Below are positions 25,703 through 37,749 of a DNA stretch of 64,000 bases, piece by piece (position 1 is the stretch's first letter; each line of letters opens with the position of its first letter). Source of the DNA: Zootoca vivipara (Eukaryota); assembly GCF_963506605.1 (NCBI RefSeq), contig NC_083277.1, forward strand, positions 6,386,001 through 6,450,000, in the 5' to 3' direction. The notes under the pieces were generated by a model, which made no database searches, was not told where the DNA came from, and saw nothing but the letters and a program-made list of their open reading frames with translations. The position numbers and the translations under genes are program-made.

Positions 25703-25725
25703 CTCTGCAAGGTGCTTCTCACATC
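25703..25725 (-). CDS. TRIM-A exon 4 (23 nt, DVRSTLQR)
   Basis: Canonical 23-nt TRIM exon with AG/GT boundaries. Confidence 0.88.
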
Positions 25726-26163
25726 CTAGAGGGAAAAAGAGAAAGGAATTCACTGCACACCACAGGCCACACTAGGAAGACCCCCTCAGAAGTTGTGGAG
25801 GGAATGGGAAGAGAAGCTTGGTCAAGAGACCGGCTTATGTCGGAAGGAGGCCTGAATGCTTCCTCAGTGAAGCCCCTCACAGGGCAGGAAGGCAGCATTG
25901 CCCAGTGGGAAGGCATTCAGAGACAAATCATCAGCAAAGAGCAGAAAATCACCTCCCGTTCCATCAAGAACACAGAAGAATCTCTCGTCTGCATTCAGAT
26001 GAGTTAAGCATCTTAGGTCTCTTGGGTGTTCCTATCTATTACAAACCTGACTAGAGGCTCCATCAACTGAGCCCCTGCACTCCTTGCATACATGAAAGGG
26101 GCACAGAAAGGACGAGAGGCAGCCTTTTCCTGCAGCCTTGGGCTGTTCCTGCCACCGTCTTAC

Positions 26164-26394
26164 CTGCAGGAGTTCACTCGCTGGCTGCTGACGCTTCTCC
26201 TCCATCTCCTGGATGATCTTCTCAAGAGAGGAGAGTTTCCTGGAGAGTCTGGCCAGCTGCTCATCCCTTCTCCCTGCAATCTCCTTCTCCAGTTCGCCCA
26301 CATGATTCAGCAAATGTTTTTCTTGTTTTTTCAGGAACTGGTGCAATTGTCTGAACTTCTCCACAGTCTTCAGCCTCTCCCTTTCTGTTAATTT
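26164..26394 (-). CDS. TRIM-A exon 3, coiled coil (231 nt)
   Basis: KLTERERLKTVEKF...QQPASELLQ; canonical 231-nt TRIM exon. Confidence 0.92.
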
Positions 26395-26929
26395 CTGCAA
26401 GTAAAGATGAGGTCTGAGTGTGGACAATGGTCAGCCTTCAAAACAGCAGGAAGAAAATTATAAGAATTCCACAGGGAGGGCACTTCTGATTTTTCAGAGA
26501 CATGAAACCTACAGCCAGTGGCTAAAGAAGTAAACATTTATTTTGAGGGGAGGCCCTTTCCATTGATCTTTCTGTTGACTTATATTTTGCAGAGGGCTAC
26601 TGCCTAAAGCAAAGAGCTTCCCCCCCCCCAGCCATAGATGTCCCCTGCATGTTTTGGGGCATGGCGTAACCTGAGTTCTAAGTTGTTCAGAGAACATTCA
26701 TGGACATCAAACACCCCTCAGTTTACACTGGGGCCATTTAGGTGTAGGAAGAAAATAGAAACAGAGGAGGAGGACGACGACAAAGTGCAGAGTTCATCCC
26801 CATAGCTCCCCTGTTTTCTTTAAAGGTTCAAAATGGCCTGAGTTTCCTAAAAAATTGAAATTATATACTGCCCTATACCTGGAGGTCTCAAGTGCTTGTT
26901 CCCTGTCTAGTAACAATAGAGACCCTTAC

Positions 26930-27025
26930 AAGGAGGTCTTTGCTTTCCTTGTCCAGATCTGCTTGAAAAGCCAGAATTTCCTCTCTCTCTTTCCTCAGAA
27001 TCTCCAGGCGGCGGCAGATCTCTCC
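26930..27025 (-). CDS. TRIM-A exon 2, coiled coil (96 nt)
   Basis: GEICRRLEILRKEREEILAFQADLDKESKDLL; canonical 96-nt exon, phase 0-0. Confidence 0.9.
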
Positions 27026-27452
27026 CTAAAGAGAAAAGGAAAAACTCAGATTTGATTGAGACACACAGAGAGGAGATGAAAATCATACTGTCATCTTGCG
27101 CCCAGTGGCCTTGCTATAATAGCAAAGTAGTTGACTGGAGGAAATAAAAGTCCAGATGTTTTCAACCTTTTTGTGTCCACGGCTCCCTCAACAAACTCCC
27201 CTTGCTTGCAGCCCCTCACCCTTTCTCAAACCCCCTCCCTTGCAGAGTGCTCTCTCAGCCTCCTCTCCTGTCCTCTCTCCTTGCGAGTCCCAGCCTGACT
27301 TGAGATCCCAGAGAGAGGTGGGAAGAGGAGAAAGGGCCAAGGCAGGATCCCACCTGGGATGAATCAGTCCAGCATCAAAGAGATAGTGAGGTCAACCCAA
27401 GAGGTGAGAGATGCAGGGATAGACCTGAGCTTCTCAAAACTTCACCCATTCC

Positions 27453-28824
27453 CACTTTTTTATATATGGGAAGAATATAAGAACCTATTGGAACCCAAAA
27501 CCCCATGGTGGGCCTCGCCTTTTGAAATGGTGGCAATGGATGGTAATCCGAAGGGAGGGAAGTGGCAGACGTATAAGGATCTTGTGGAAAAAGTAGATGG
27601 TGAATATAGATTAAAATCATATCAGCAGGTTGAGTGCTTTTGTCAAAGCTGGTTACAATATTGTCAAGTACAAAGTGCATTTAATAAACATAAAATGATA
27701 GGCTTTCTGGAGAACAAATCAAAGTTACAAGATTTATTAATTGATAATTCAAAAAAACCATTGGCAAAAATTTATAAATTTTTATTAGAATGGGAGATGA
27801 AGGATGAGGAGGTGAAGCACGTGATGATCAAATGGGCGCAGGATGTAGGAAGAACAATATATAGTGAACAGTGGGAAAGGTTATGGAGAACTGACATTAA
27901 TTTTACAGCTTGCATGGGAATCAGGGAAAACATCTGGAAAATAGTCTATAGGTGGCATCTAACACCCGGAAAGTAAGCAAAAATATATAAAAATGATGCC
28001 AATAAATGTTGGAAATGCAAAGAAACTAAAGGGGATTATTTCCACTGTTGGTGGGGTTGTAAAAAGGTAAATAGATTTTGGACCGAAGTTTATGAGAATG
28101 TAAAAAAAATATTGAAATGGACAATCGAGAAAAAACCCGAGATTCTATTATTAAGCCTGATCCCGGAGGACATGCCATCAGATAGAAAGAACATCTTGCT
28201 TTATGCCTGTGCCGCGGCCAGATTGTTAATAGCACAAAACTGGAAGGGAGAGAAGCTACCAACTATACAAGATTGGCGTATTAAATTAGTGGAATTTATG
28301 AATTTAGCTAAATTAACTGCGATAATCAGGAAAGTCCCCAGACAGAAATGGACAAAAGAATGGAAGTATGTAGAGGATTACCTTCGAGCTGAAGGTATTA
28401 GTGCTAGATGGGTAATTTGCTTTGATTAAATTCACACAAGGTCACTGGAATTGTAAGAAAAGGTGAATAAAATGAGATAAATGTAAAATGATAAGTTTAT
28501 AAGGGAAAGCATAGTAACGTTCAGTATAATAGGGAATCGATATGTAAATGTTGGGAAGTTTATTGTAATTTTATTTCTTGTATTTTCTTTCTCCTCTTTC
28601 TCTTTTCTTTTTCTTTCATTTTTTCTCTTTTCTTTTTTCCTCCCCTTTTACTTTTTCTAATAAGTTTTGGTTCTTTTTTCTTGTATTATTTTGACTTATG
28701 TTTGCATTTGTGTTATATTGATTTTTTTCCCATTTGTGCTGATTTATGTTATGTTATGTTGAATTATGCTGATTTTATTGTTAATATGTTTAATATTTAA
28801 TAAAGTATTTTAATTAATTAAAAA
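27453..28824 (+). mobile_element. 5'-truncated L1 (ORF2 C-terminus, 3' UTR, poly-A) in TRIM-A intron 1
   Basis: YRWHLTP..CWKC..HCWWGC zinc-knuckle region with stops; 17-bp TSD aaaacttcacccattcc. Confidence 0.9.
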
Positions 28825-29214
28825 AAAACTTCACCCATTCCAAACCCCTCTTCTGCAAGCCTAGGGATTTTCCACCCTTCCTCTTAACATCACTGCTTTG
28901 CCGCTTAATTGGGCCAAATGGCAACTCAGGTTTTCTGCTACTTGTCAGTTATTTTTTCTGCAGTAGCCAGAGCCCACGTGTGCTTGCGCCACCAGGGGAG
29001 ATAAAAGTGCTGCAGCTTCTTCCATTTCTGGACCAAAGAAGTTCTTGCTGTGGCCAGAATCCACCTATGTAGACCCTTAGATCAGAAGATTGCTGTCTGG
29101 TCATCCCGCCAATTCAAAGGGGCCAGCTTCTTTTCACTATTATTACTATTTTGTGGCATTATTAGCATTGCATGACAAAGGAGCATTTTTGCACCACAGT
29201 AGTAGAACAAGTGA

Positions 29215-29575
29215 CCCAGGTGGCGCTGTGGGTTAAACCACAGAGTCTAGGGCTTGCTGATCGGAAGGTAGGCGGTTCGAATCCCTGCAACGGGGTGAGC
29301 TCCCGTTGCTCGGTCCCAGCTCCTGCCCACCTAACAGTTCGAAAGCACATCAAAGTGCAAGTAGATAAATAGGGACCGCTCCGGCGGGAAGGTAAACGGC
29401 ATTTCTGTGTGCTGCTCTGGTTCGCCAGAAGCAGCTTTGTCATGCTGGCCACATGACCCGGAAGCTGTCTGCGGACAAACGCCGGCTCCCTCGGCCTATA
29501 GAGTGAGATGAGCACCGGCACCGCAACCCCAGAGTTGGACACGACTGGACCTGATGGTCAGGGGCCCCGTTACCT
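29215..29575 (+). mobile_element. Sauria SINE
   Basis: 15-bp TSD tagtagaacaagtga. Confidence 0.92.
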
Positions 29576-29614
29576 TAGTAGAACAAGTGATTTTTTAAAA
29601 AAGGGATTAAAAGA

Positions 29615-30131
29615 CACTATAGCTTTAACTATACGGGCCTTTATCGGCAAGGTGATGTCTCTGCTTTTTAAGATGCTGTCCGTATAGTTAAAGCTATGGT
29701 TTTTCCAGTAGTGATGTATGGAAGTGAGAGCTGGACCATAAAGAAGGCTGATGCCAAAGAATGGATGCTTTTGAATTATGGTGCTGGAGAAGACTCTTGA
29801 GAGTCCCATGGACTGCAAGAAGATCAAACCTATCCATTCTGAAGGAAATCAGCCCTGAGTGCTCACTGGAAGGACAGATCGTGAAGCTGAGGCTCCAATA
29901 CTTTGGCCACCTCATGAGATGAGAAGACTTCCTGGAAAAGACCCTGATGTTGGGAAAGATGGAGGGCACAAGGAGAAGGGGACGACAGAGGATGAGATGG
30001 TTGGACAGTGTTCTTGAAGCTGCGAACATGAGTTTGACCAAACTGTGGGAGGCAGTGGAAGACAGGAGTGCCTGGCGTGCTCTGGTCCATGGGGTCACAA
30101 AGAGTTGGACTAAATGACTAAACAACAACAA
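29615..30131 (+). mobile_element. Bov-B fragment with an inverted 5' piece
   Basis: RT C-terminal sequence, (CAA)n tail, TSD aaaaagggatta; 29617-29680 is in the opposite orientation. Confidence 0.88.
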
Positions 30132-30137
30132 AAAGGG

Positions 30138-30178
<41 letters not shown>

Positions 30179-30706
30179 TATATTGCACAGGTCCAATTCG
30201 AGTTGCCATTAAAAAGTCATCTTTCCCTTTGCCATTTGGGGTGAGAGGAGATCCTCAGCCCCACCCCCGCTGAAACATCATTGCACAGGCCCCAGAATAA
30301 GCATGCTCCCCACCAGTAGGTGCTTCCACGCAGGGCATTGAGGAGGCATCCTGGTAGCCAAAGGAGACATGTACTTAGTTGTGTATGTGCAATTTAAATT
30401 TGTACTGTTCTAAATATGTACAAAGCAACCTTGCTGGGGGATGTGGATGAGGTTAACCCTTTCTCTCCCTACCAAGGTCCCAGTTCAAATATTTGAAGCT
30501 GCTGCTAGTATTTCAAGATCCCCTTGACTTCAACTCCCTCCTCCCAGCCATCCCAGGAGTCCTCAGGCTTCCCCTTGGCTGCTTCTAACGTAATTAACAC
30601 AACCAATTAATGCCATGCCTACTTTGGACCTGAGAAGAAAAGAAAAAAACCTCCCAGGAAGAATCCACAGCTATTTCTCCCTCCTCAAGATCCAGGGATC
30701 TCCTAC

Positions 30707-31174
30707 CTTGTATTCTTCGAAAGCCTCCTCCAGAGGAATCACCTTGTGATTTTCATGTTCCTTTGATCTGTCACAAACCACACAGATGGGGGCTTTGTGG
30801 ACTTTGCAAAAGAGTTTCAGGGGCTCCAGGTGTTTCTCGCAGACTCTTCCTTTCCCTCCATCTCCCTCTCCCTCTTCGCACATTCTCCCTTTCCCCCCTC
30901 CTTCTTCTCTCCCCTCTTGAAGGCTGAGATTCTGGGCTATTTCTACCATATTAGCCAGTTGCCTGTTGGGGATGAGACCCCTTCTCTGAACTGTTTTTCT
31001 GCATTGAGGGCAGGAAGCCTCTGCCTCCGATTCCCCCAAGTACTGGATCAGGCAGGATCGGCAGAAGTTGTGCCCACACTTTGCGATGGTCACTGGATCC
31101 TTGAAATAATCCAGGCAGATGGAGCATGTGACTTCATCACGGAGACGCTGGATGTGACCCCCTGCAGCAGCCAT
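30707..31174 (-). CDS. TRIM-A exon 1: RING + B-box2 (TRIM27/RFP- or TRIM39-like E3 ligase; whole protein about 505 aa)
   Basis: CSICLDYF..CGHNFCRSC..CPQC RING; CEKHLEPLKLFC..CVVC..H..H B-box; AAG|gtagg donor. Confidence 0.95.
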
Positions 31175-31222
31175 GGCTCCCTCGCGCCAAAAATCCGAGT
31201 TAAGTCCCGCCTTAAGGAAGGA

Positions 31223-31266
31223 AGTTTCCTTTCGCGGAAATGACTCATAAACTTAGTGACCACGTG
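31223..31266 (-). promoter_or_regulatory. Interferon-type promoter module of TRIM-A (ISRE-like, GAS, AP-1, E-box)
   Basis: agtttcctttc 31223-31233, ttcgcggaa 31231-31239, tgactca 31241-31247, cacgtg 31261-31266; 50-90 bp upstream of the ATG. Confidence 0.6.
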
Positions 31267-32141
31267 ATCTTTTTTAAAAAGAAATATGTCCCCAGGTCTT
31301 TGCATTTGCTGAATGTTTTCTCAAGTAGCAGCGAATGTTTCCAGATTGCTTCCCATGCTTTTGATTACACATAAACACACATGTACCTAGTAAGTTGCAC
31401 AGTATTTTCATTCAAAGGCTTCATTGTCATTTTTGAATTGGATAAAATCTGCCTCTGACCTAAATGGACGGGAGTTCTGATTTAGCAAGTGTGAAGAAAA
31501 CTCCTAAGAATCTGGTTGCTAATTCTAACTTTATCTGGTTTTGAGGTCAAAGGAGCAAGGTTTTCAACTGAGATGCCAGATGGCAGGCTGATTTTTAACC
31601 AACTTTTGCATGGTGGGTCCTCCTGAGATCATCAAGCAGCAGTTGTTTTTACTACGTTTGGACACAATTGGACACCATTTTGAATCGAGATGGCAGGCTG
31701 CTCCTTTCAAAACTGTGCTAGTTTTAACCACCTATTTCAAAACTGAACTGTTGTTTTTTTAGTTCCCTAGAACCCCCAAGGACCATTGGGTACAAAGATG
31801 CTATTATTTGATTTAAATCATAAGCAAGTGGTCTGTGACCCTTCAAACACTCTTGGACTCATCAGCCCTTGGCAGCATAGCCAATGGTCAGGTATTGCAG
31901 GAATTGCAGTCGACCCTTTGGAGAGATGTAGGGCCATAATCTGCTCCTCCCTCCATCAAATGCCGCCTGTGGGGAGCAGAAAAAGTAAGAGAAGTGGTGC
32001 CTCCTCTGCTTGAGCTTTCCTACCCTAGCTGGCCAGGACAACTTGGAAGTATGAATTTGAACCCCATAATTTTTTTCCCTCCTCCCTCCCAATCCATTTT
32101 CCTTTTGTGTTGTTTCTTTCCAGTGTTTGCCTATTCCTGTA

Positions 32142-32329
32142 CAGTGGAACCTCGGTTTATGAACACCTCAGTTTATGAATTTTCGGTTTATGAACGCCGT
32201 GGACCCATCTGGAACGGATTAATTCACTTTCCATTACTTTCAATGGGAAAGTTCGCTTCAGTTTATGAACGCTTCAGTTTATGAACAGACGTCCGGAACC
32301 AATTGTGTTCATAAACCGAGGTATCACTG
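32142..32329. mobile_element. Tigger-type MITE
   Basis: cagtggaacctcggtttatgaac / gttcataaaccgaggtatcactg TIRs; TA TSD. Confidence 0.85.
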
Positions 32330-33044
32330 TACTAGACAGCTACGATGGTGATGTTCTCTGTCCACTGTTGCCTCTGAATGCCCATTGCCGGAAACCACAG
32401 GAAGAGAAAGCACAAAATTATCTGTTCCTTTCCAAGACGTCAACCAAACACAAAGGTCTCCTGCGCAGTTCAGAATTTTTATTCTCAAAATTTGTTACCA
32501 AAGTCTGGTTGACTCTCACACAAAAATCCCCCCCCCCAAAGAGAAACCAGCAGCCTCATTTGCACCCATCACCTTAACTTATTGTCCGCCAGGTGTCAAA
32601 ATAAATTACTTCTGTTCGTGTCGCAACCTCCTGCCCACACCTCCAAACTGAGGAGACATTGAAGAGGATGAGACGATGAACGCGGTTCTGAGGAGTTAGC
32701 AACTGGAGCTTGGGGGGGGGGTATTCTGGCCTGGTGGGGATTGCTCAGCCCCTCAGCTGACATTGCTCTCCTTTCTGATGGCATCTTCAATACCATGCCT
32801 AGGAACAAGAGGAGAAATAATCGTGTGCATGTTCACGGCCACCGACTTGGCTGGCTTTCAAAGAGGATCAAGCAAATTCATGGAGGGCAAACAAGGCTAT
32901 ATTGATGGCTACTAGCAACAAAAAGCTGTTTTTTTCATAAAGCCTGCAACTCAGGGATGGCCCATGTGGTGCCCTCACGCTGTGCTTGGGTTCCCAACTC
33001 CCATCTCCCAGCGAGAACGTCCGGTCGTCAGGGGTGATGGGTGT

Positions 33045-33298
33045 TTAAAGATTCTCTCAAGGCGAATCTTTAAAAAATGTAGTATAAACACAGACTACTG
33101 GGAAAAACTGGCTTGTGAGCACTCCAGTTGGAGAACAGCCTTTACCAAAGGTGTCATGGGCTTTGAAGACGCTCGAACTCAGGACGCAAGGGAGAAACGT
33201 GCTAAGAGGAAGGCACGCTTGGCAAATCCACACTGTGATTAACTCCTACCCAGAAACCAATGTCCCCACTGTGGAAGGACGTGTGGATCCAGAATTGG
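33045..33298 (+). mobile_element. RTE-clade LINE 3' fragment, truncated at the duplication junction
   Basis: WEKLACEHSSWRTAFTKG; paralogous to 46090-46300 and 56720-57327. Confidence 0.8.
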
Positions 33299-33313
33299 AT
33301 ATAAATATAAAAA

Positions 33314-33362
<49 letters not shown>

Positions 33363-34119
33363 TAATTCACTTTTCTATCTGTCTTTAAACTAGATTGCAT
33401 TTCTTTTGTGTTTTGAACTGTTCCATGAGAAGAAGACCACGGTGGGGTGTTAGTATTCGCAATTACAATGATAAAATATAAATCATCATCTCCGGATATG
33501 AAGACCAAATCTGGCACAAGGGTTCCTAACAGGGCCGTCTTAAGCATATCCGGTGCCGTGGTGCAAAGATCCCTCCAGCGCCCCCCCCCCCATTTCCCAG
33601 ACTTGCCAACCTTTGGGGAAGCATCCTTGGGGGAGCATCAACCCTAAACGCATTAACTGGGCTGAAACCCCACTCAATGAAACGAGGTTTATTTCTGACC
33701 AAGTGTGGAGATGGCGAGGCTGTATTTGCAGAGGGCATTTGAAGCTGACGCGCTCTTCCAATTTCTTTTTTATTTTCTTCCCATCTGAAGTCTCCAGCTA
33801 TCCTGCCTGACATGGGGGAAGTGGTTCATTTTTTTAGTCCTCTATTAATCCAATGATGCATGCATTTTCACAGCTGCATAAGGTCTTGTGGGGAGAGGAC
33901 GGTTTTGTAGAATCACAGAGTTGCGAGGGGTCCTGAGGGTCATCTAGTCCCACCCTCTGCAGTGCAGGAAATGTTTGCCCAACGTGGGGCTCAAACCCAC
34001 AACCCTGGGATTAATAGTCTTATGCTCTGCCAATTCAGACATCTCAAAAGGAAAACAAGATTGAAGGCGAGGAAAAGAGTATTTATTGGGACTATTAAAA
34101 ATGTGATTGTCTCTTTAAG

Positions 34120-36302
34120 AAGAAGATCAAACTTATCCATTCTGAAGGAAATCAGCCCTGAGTGCTCACTGGAAGGACAGATCCTGAAGCTGAGGCTCCA
34201 ATACTTTTTTTTTTAAAAAAATATTTATTGTCATTTTCAACTTAAAATTTCCATTCATATCATTATCTCTATATAACCATATAACCAATCATCATCAAAA
34301 AAAGAAAAAGTCCAAAAAAGGCAGAAAAAAGCAAAAAGCAAAAATAACTAAGAAAAAAAAACAGACAAAAAGCAAAAACAAAAGGAAAAGAAGAAAATAA
34401 TACCAATCTATTATTCATCACATTATCATAACATTGACTTCCCCGCTCCTCCCTTCCCGAGCCTAAATATAACCCCTATTTAGCAATTTTCTAATTAAAT
34501 TGAAATCTCTCCAATTATTCACCAAAAAAATATTCTAACATATACAATTTAGCATTCTAACATATTCAATTCTTTAAACTGCATTACCAATTTAATTAAG
34601 CCTCTAATTACACCCTTTAGCCTCTTAAATTTTCACTAAAATTATTCTAACTTATCAAAACAAATATTCTTTCCCTCCAATTACGATTTTAAAAACCTAA
34701 TGTCCCCCCTCCTCCACCGGATGACTTTCCCCTGGATATCCCAATCAGCTCATGTGTTCAGTCCAAATCCAAACCATTTAATCCGTCCCTTTGTTTACAA
34801 TTCCTCTCAACCCACTCCATCTCTCACCCACTTCAGCCCAGCTTCTTCGCTCCACCAACCCCTCTGCCATCCCCAGTCCAGTTGTTCCTTTTTCTTAGCC
34901 TCCCAGTTAACATGTTCTTCACCTGGTTCTTGCCTCCCATCTCTCACTAAGGAGGTTTGAACCCAGGCCTCCACTTCGGTCTTTGGCACAGCTTGATTAT
35001 TTTTTCCAGGAACCTGCTCTCCCTCTCTCACTGGGAGACACAGGTCCTGGGAGTCTCTATCCGATACAGTTCTATTGTTGTAACTCATGTTCCGTGCAGC
35101 CTCTCCCACCAGCTGCACTTCGTTCGAAGTCTGTAACTCCTCTCGGTCTTCTTGTCTTAAAAAATTGAAGTTTTTATTTTCTAAAGTTTCAGTCTGTGCG
35201 TCAGTGCTGTCAGCGGAGAGGGGTTGGCGTAGGTTTTCAATGCATAACTTTGTCAGTCTCGTATATTCTTTAACTCCCTGCATCACCTCTTGCACTTTTT
35301 CCCACACAGTTTGCATCTCTTTCTCACACAACATGTCTGGTTATTTTGACTATCTCCGTCCTTTGTCTTCTCAAATTACAATATGGCGCATAGGCTGTTG
35401 TGCCCGAGAGTAAGTCCTTCTTTGGCTGGCCGGTACATCTAGGCTTCTGTCACCCCGCTACTGGAGAGTTTGTTCTTATTTGTATCCAAAATTTGCGGAG
35501 ATCCAAATTAAATATCACTCACCTCCCCTTGGCTCCGCTACCACCGGGGAGGGGTTCAAATTGCTTTTTAGCAAAGTCCAGAGTCCCGTTCCAGCGTTAT
35601 GGCTGCAGGCTCTGCAATTGCTTGATGGTACCTCGGTAGGGGGGGGGGGAAACGACCTCCGTTTTCTTTTAAATTCCCCTCCTGTGTCCCAATTCCGTCC
35701 AAATTTGTAAAATTTCTTTACTTACAAGTCCAAATTTATTTCTTTGGAGGTATCTAGTGCGCGTTGTCGCCGGCATGGAGCTTACCGCCTCAGAGGTAGC
35801 GAAAAGACCCAAGGCTCCATCCCGCTCTGCCTGCGCACGTCATCCCCCCAAAAGGGGGTTGTCGGGCGACAAACGGAGCTCAAAGGAGCTCAGCTGGGTA
35901 CCCACGTCCCCAAAAAGCCAAATTCGGGGGTTCTCCGGGTGGCCGCTTCGCCCGAGCGGCTCTACCCCCCCCCCTCTGAGGCGCCGGGAACCTCGGAGCC
36001 CGAAAATTCCCCTCCGGCTTCCAATGGCGCCAGACCGGAAGTCAGCCCTGAGGCTCCAATACTTTGGCCACCTCATGAGAAGAGAAGACTCCCTGGAAAA
36101 GACCCTGATGTTGGGAAAGATTGAGGGCAGAAGGAGAAGGGGACGACAGAGGACGAGATGGTTGGACAGTGTTCTCGAAGCTACGAACATGAGTTTGACC
36201 AAACTGCGGGAGGCAGTGGAAGACAGGAGTGCCTGGTGTGCTCTGGTCTATGGGGTCATGAAGAGGCGGACACGACTAAATGACTAAACAAAAACAACAA
36301 CA
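34120..36302 (+). mobile_element. Bov-B fragment (34120-34207 and 36048-36302) split by an L1-like insertion
   Basis: SILKEISPECSLEGQILKLRLQY|FGHLMRREDSLEK; absent at the equivalent TRIM-A site. Confidence 0.9.
34208..36047 (-). mobile_element. Non-autonomous L1-like element with a 175-aa ORF
   Basis: 18-bp TSD ctgaggctccaatacttt; CpG-rich 5' end; poly-A 3' end; ORF 34807-35334. Confidence 0.8.
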
Positions 36303-36464
36303 AAGCTGAAGAGGGAATTATGGGGAAAGGAAAGAAAATGAATCCTCTCAAAGGTCCTCCTGAAAAACTGCCCAAGGTTGTCTTGGCGGGTAAATGTTTT
36401 ATATATCAGTCACTCTGGTCTGGAGAAAAACTCCTGCTGGGCCTGAGAGGCACATTTAGTCTCC

Positions 36465-36982
36465 TCAGGAGATACTGAGGTGGGTTTTATCTCTCCAGAG
36501 ATGAAAGAAAGGGAGGAGGGTCTCTCCAGAGAACGAGGCTCCTGAGAACGTGTAGAGTTCGGCTCCTGAGTCAGCGTCATAAAAAGACACACGTCCCCCT
36601 TCATAGTCCAGAGTCACCCGGATCCTCCTGGGCTTCTCCCTCAGGGACAGAGGAGACGAATCAGGGGAGGTGAAGGCCCAGTAAATGCCTTCCCACTTCC
36701 CCACAGCCCAGATCCCCACCTCAGGACTGAAGTAGAAGCTGCCCTTTCTCTCCACAGACTTTCTGGCGACCCCCACAGCCCACCCTTCCCCACTTCCCAC
36801 ATTGACTTCCCAGAAATGTCTGCCTGCTGTGAATCCCTCACGTCCCAACAAACAAGAAAAGATGTTGAATCTCTCAGGATTATCAGGCAGGGTTTGAGGT
36901 CTGTCTCCCAATCTCAGGCTTTTCCGATTCTCCGACAGGATGAGCCAGGGATGGGCTGTGTCTGGATCCAGAGTGACATTTG
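36465..36982 (-). CDS. TRIM-B terminal exon: PRY/SPRY (B30.2)
   Basis: Open 518-nt paralogue of 19786-20303. Confidence 0.9.
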
Positions 36983-37029
36983 CTGTTGGGGAGAAAAGAG
37001 GGAAAGAGAAGATTAGGCAGAATCAGCTG

Positions 37030-37061
<32 letters not shown>

Positions 37062-37143
37062 AGAGACTGAGACTCCTCCTTGCAGACTTTGATCAGAATA
37101 AATATCTTCCTTGTTGGTTTCTAAATCAGTTTTCTCCACTTTC

Positions 37144-37503
37144 ATCAGTCTTTGAGAATTGTGAGCTTCGTTAGTCTTGTTAAGCCTTCACACATGAACC
37201 TTTGAAAGAGTCCGCCCCCTGAGGAAACCATTCCTGTGAAACGGGAAAGAACCTGGCTACCCGTCAGATGAGATAAGAACGTATGTGAAGAGATAAGAAC
37301 GCATGATACATCATAGCACTTTATTGTCGGACTTTATTGCAGTTTATACTGAACTTTTAAGACTTCGAGCATGAGACTTTGCACACATTTTTGAATCTCC
37401 TTGTATATGTGAAGGTTGTTTATACATTTAAATATTTGCACCTCACAGTGGTTTTTCTTTTCATTGTTTCGCCAACATCACCATGGTTGTCTGTTTGTTG
37501 CTG
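37144..37503 (+). mobile_element. Insertion specific to unit B; probable Penelope-like fragment with a hammerhead-ribozyme core
   Basis: Absent in unit A (about 20523); CUGAGGA..GAAA CGGG..CCCG UC at 37219-37265. Confidence 0.5.
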
Positions 37504-37694
37504 CTTCTCTCAACCCAGGCATTTTCTAAGAGGAAAAACCACTCAGCAAACCTTTTACTCCTCTCTTCTGTTAGTGAAGGAGAAATAGAGGAAAATTGAA
37601 GGGAGAAGAAGAGAAACTGCTCTCCTCTTCCAGTCTTTGTGGGAATTGGCCGTTGGGGACCTCTGGGTTGGGCTGGGAGATGAGGACCCCCTGT

Positions 37695-37749
<55 letters not shown>

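Noticed and set aside
27359-28429. 205-aa and 105-aa ORFs as host genes
   Set aside because: Fragments of L1 ORF2 inside a TSD-flanked truncated insertion.
30707-31174. Specific gene symbols (TRIM27/TRIM39, ZSCAN/ZKSCAN numbers)
   Set aside because: These are lineage-expanded families; orthology cannot be established from this sequence alone.
36465-36982. Ohanin/vespryn venom gene call
   Set aside because: No signal-peptide exon found; it is a clear local duplicate of TRIM-A.
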